DNA of 43,668 nt from a virus: IMG/VR virus record IMGVR_UViG_3300045988_096501; one strand, given 5' to 3'. Position 1 is the first letter of the stretch; each line of letters begins with the position of its first letter. Shown piece after piece: positions 43,304 through 43,668 of the stretch. A program made the translations under genes and the position numbers. The notes beneath the pieces are model-generated. The model did not search any database, had not been told where the DNA came from, and saw only the letters and a program-made list of their open reading frames with translations.

Positions 43304-43668
43304 ATGTTGGCGGCGGCAGAAGAAGTGGACAAAATATCCAGATCCATGCTGGTATGGGCCAACACCTTCCCGGAAAAGCCGGTTGACATTATCAGGTATG
43401 AGTTCCTGACCGCTGACCAGGGAGACGAAATCGGTATGGCTTTGTCTACTATCCAGGGAATTTATATCACAAAGAGGTTCATTCTGGGCGGCTATCAGGC
43501 GGAGTACCAATTCAAGATTATATACCGCATTAAGCCAGGGCGAAGCAACGATAAACGCCTGGAGGCGGACGAACTGCTGAATCACTTCGGCGACTGGGCA
43601 AGAAAAAATCTCCCTGATTTGGGAGATGAGATTCGGGCGCTACGGGTGGAACCAACCACGCAGTCATC
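43304..43668 (+). CDS. Minor capsid / head-tail joining family protein, 5' portion (continues through the terminal repeat to stop at window 193..195)
   Basis: ATG 43304; conserved IQGIYITKRFILGGYQAEYQFKIIYR segment; 145 aa in total across the wrap. Confidence 0.55.
   Translation, partial: MLAAAEEVDKISRSMLVWANTFPEKPVDIIRYEFLTADQGDEIGMALSTIQGIYITKRFILGGYQAEYQFKIIYRIKPGRSNDKRLEADELLNHFGDWARKNLPDLGDEIRALRVEPTTQS
43550..43668. repeat. Terminal direct repeat identical to 1..119
   Basis: Exact identity, read directly from the sequence. Confidence 0.9.

Overview
The window is a complete, circularly permuted genome of a temperate siphovirus-like phage or prophage. Bases 1..119 are identical to 43550..43668, so the unit length is 43,549 bp. 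The host is inferred to be a Firmicutes/Clostridia-type organism; GC content is a mosaic of GC-rich replication, lysis and head blocks and AT-rich integration and accessory blocks. Gene order around the circle runs as follows. The head-tail joining genes wrap across the window ends. The tail module contains a major tail protein, two tail chaperones, a tape measure protein, distal tail proteins and a fibre. It is interrupted by a minus-strand HNH endonuclease gene and by an autonomous YoeB-RelB/DinJ toxin-antitoxin cassette. A promoter plus small-peptide insert follows the fibre gene. The lysis cassette contains an XkdX-like protein, an amidase-SH3 endolysin and a holin. A roughly 5 kb accessory island follows, holding a Cys-rich membrane protein, a C1q/BclA-like protein, QN-rich proteins and an HNH endonuclease. 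Next come a candidate attP with direct repeats, a tyrosine integrase and the lysogeny module (a membrane-anchored HTH protein, a Zn-ribbon/TM protein, a CI-like repressor and divergent promoters with palindromic operators). The early region encodes a membrane-anchored lytic transglycosylase, a pentapeptide-repeat protein, a Rad52/Sak-like annealing protein, NinB, SSB, a replisome organiser, a DnaB-like helicase, RusA, a cluster of small CxxC proteins and YopX. After an HTH gene there are tRNA-like elements. An antisense cassette (AP2/HNH, HTH, acidic protein) lies upstream of terS, followed by terL, portal, a minor head protein, an inserted RHH gene with direct-repeat operator and two antisense ORFs, then scaffold, major capsid and connector. 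No CRISPR array, reverse transcriptase or rRNA was seen.
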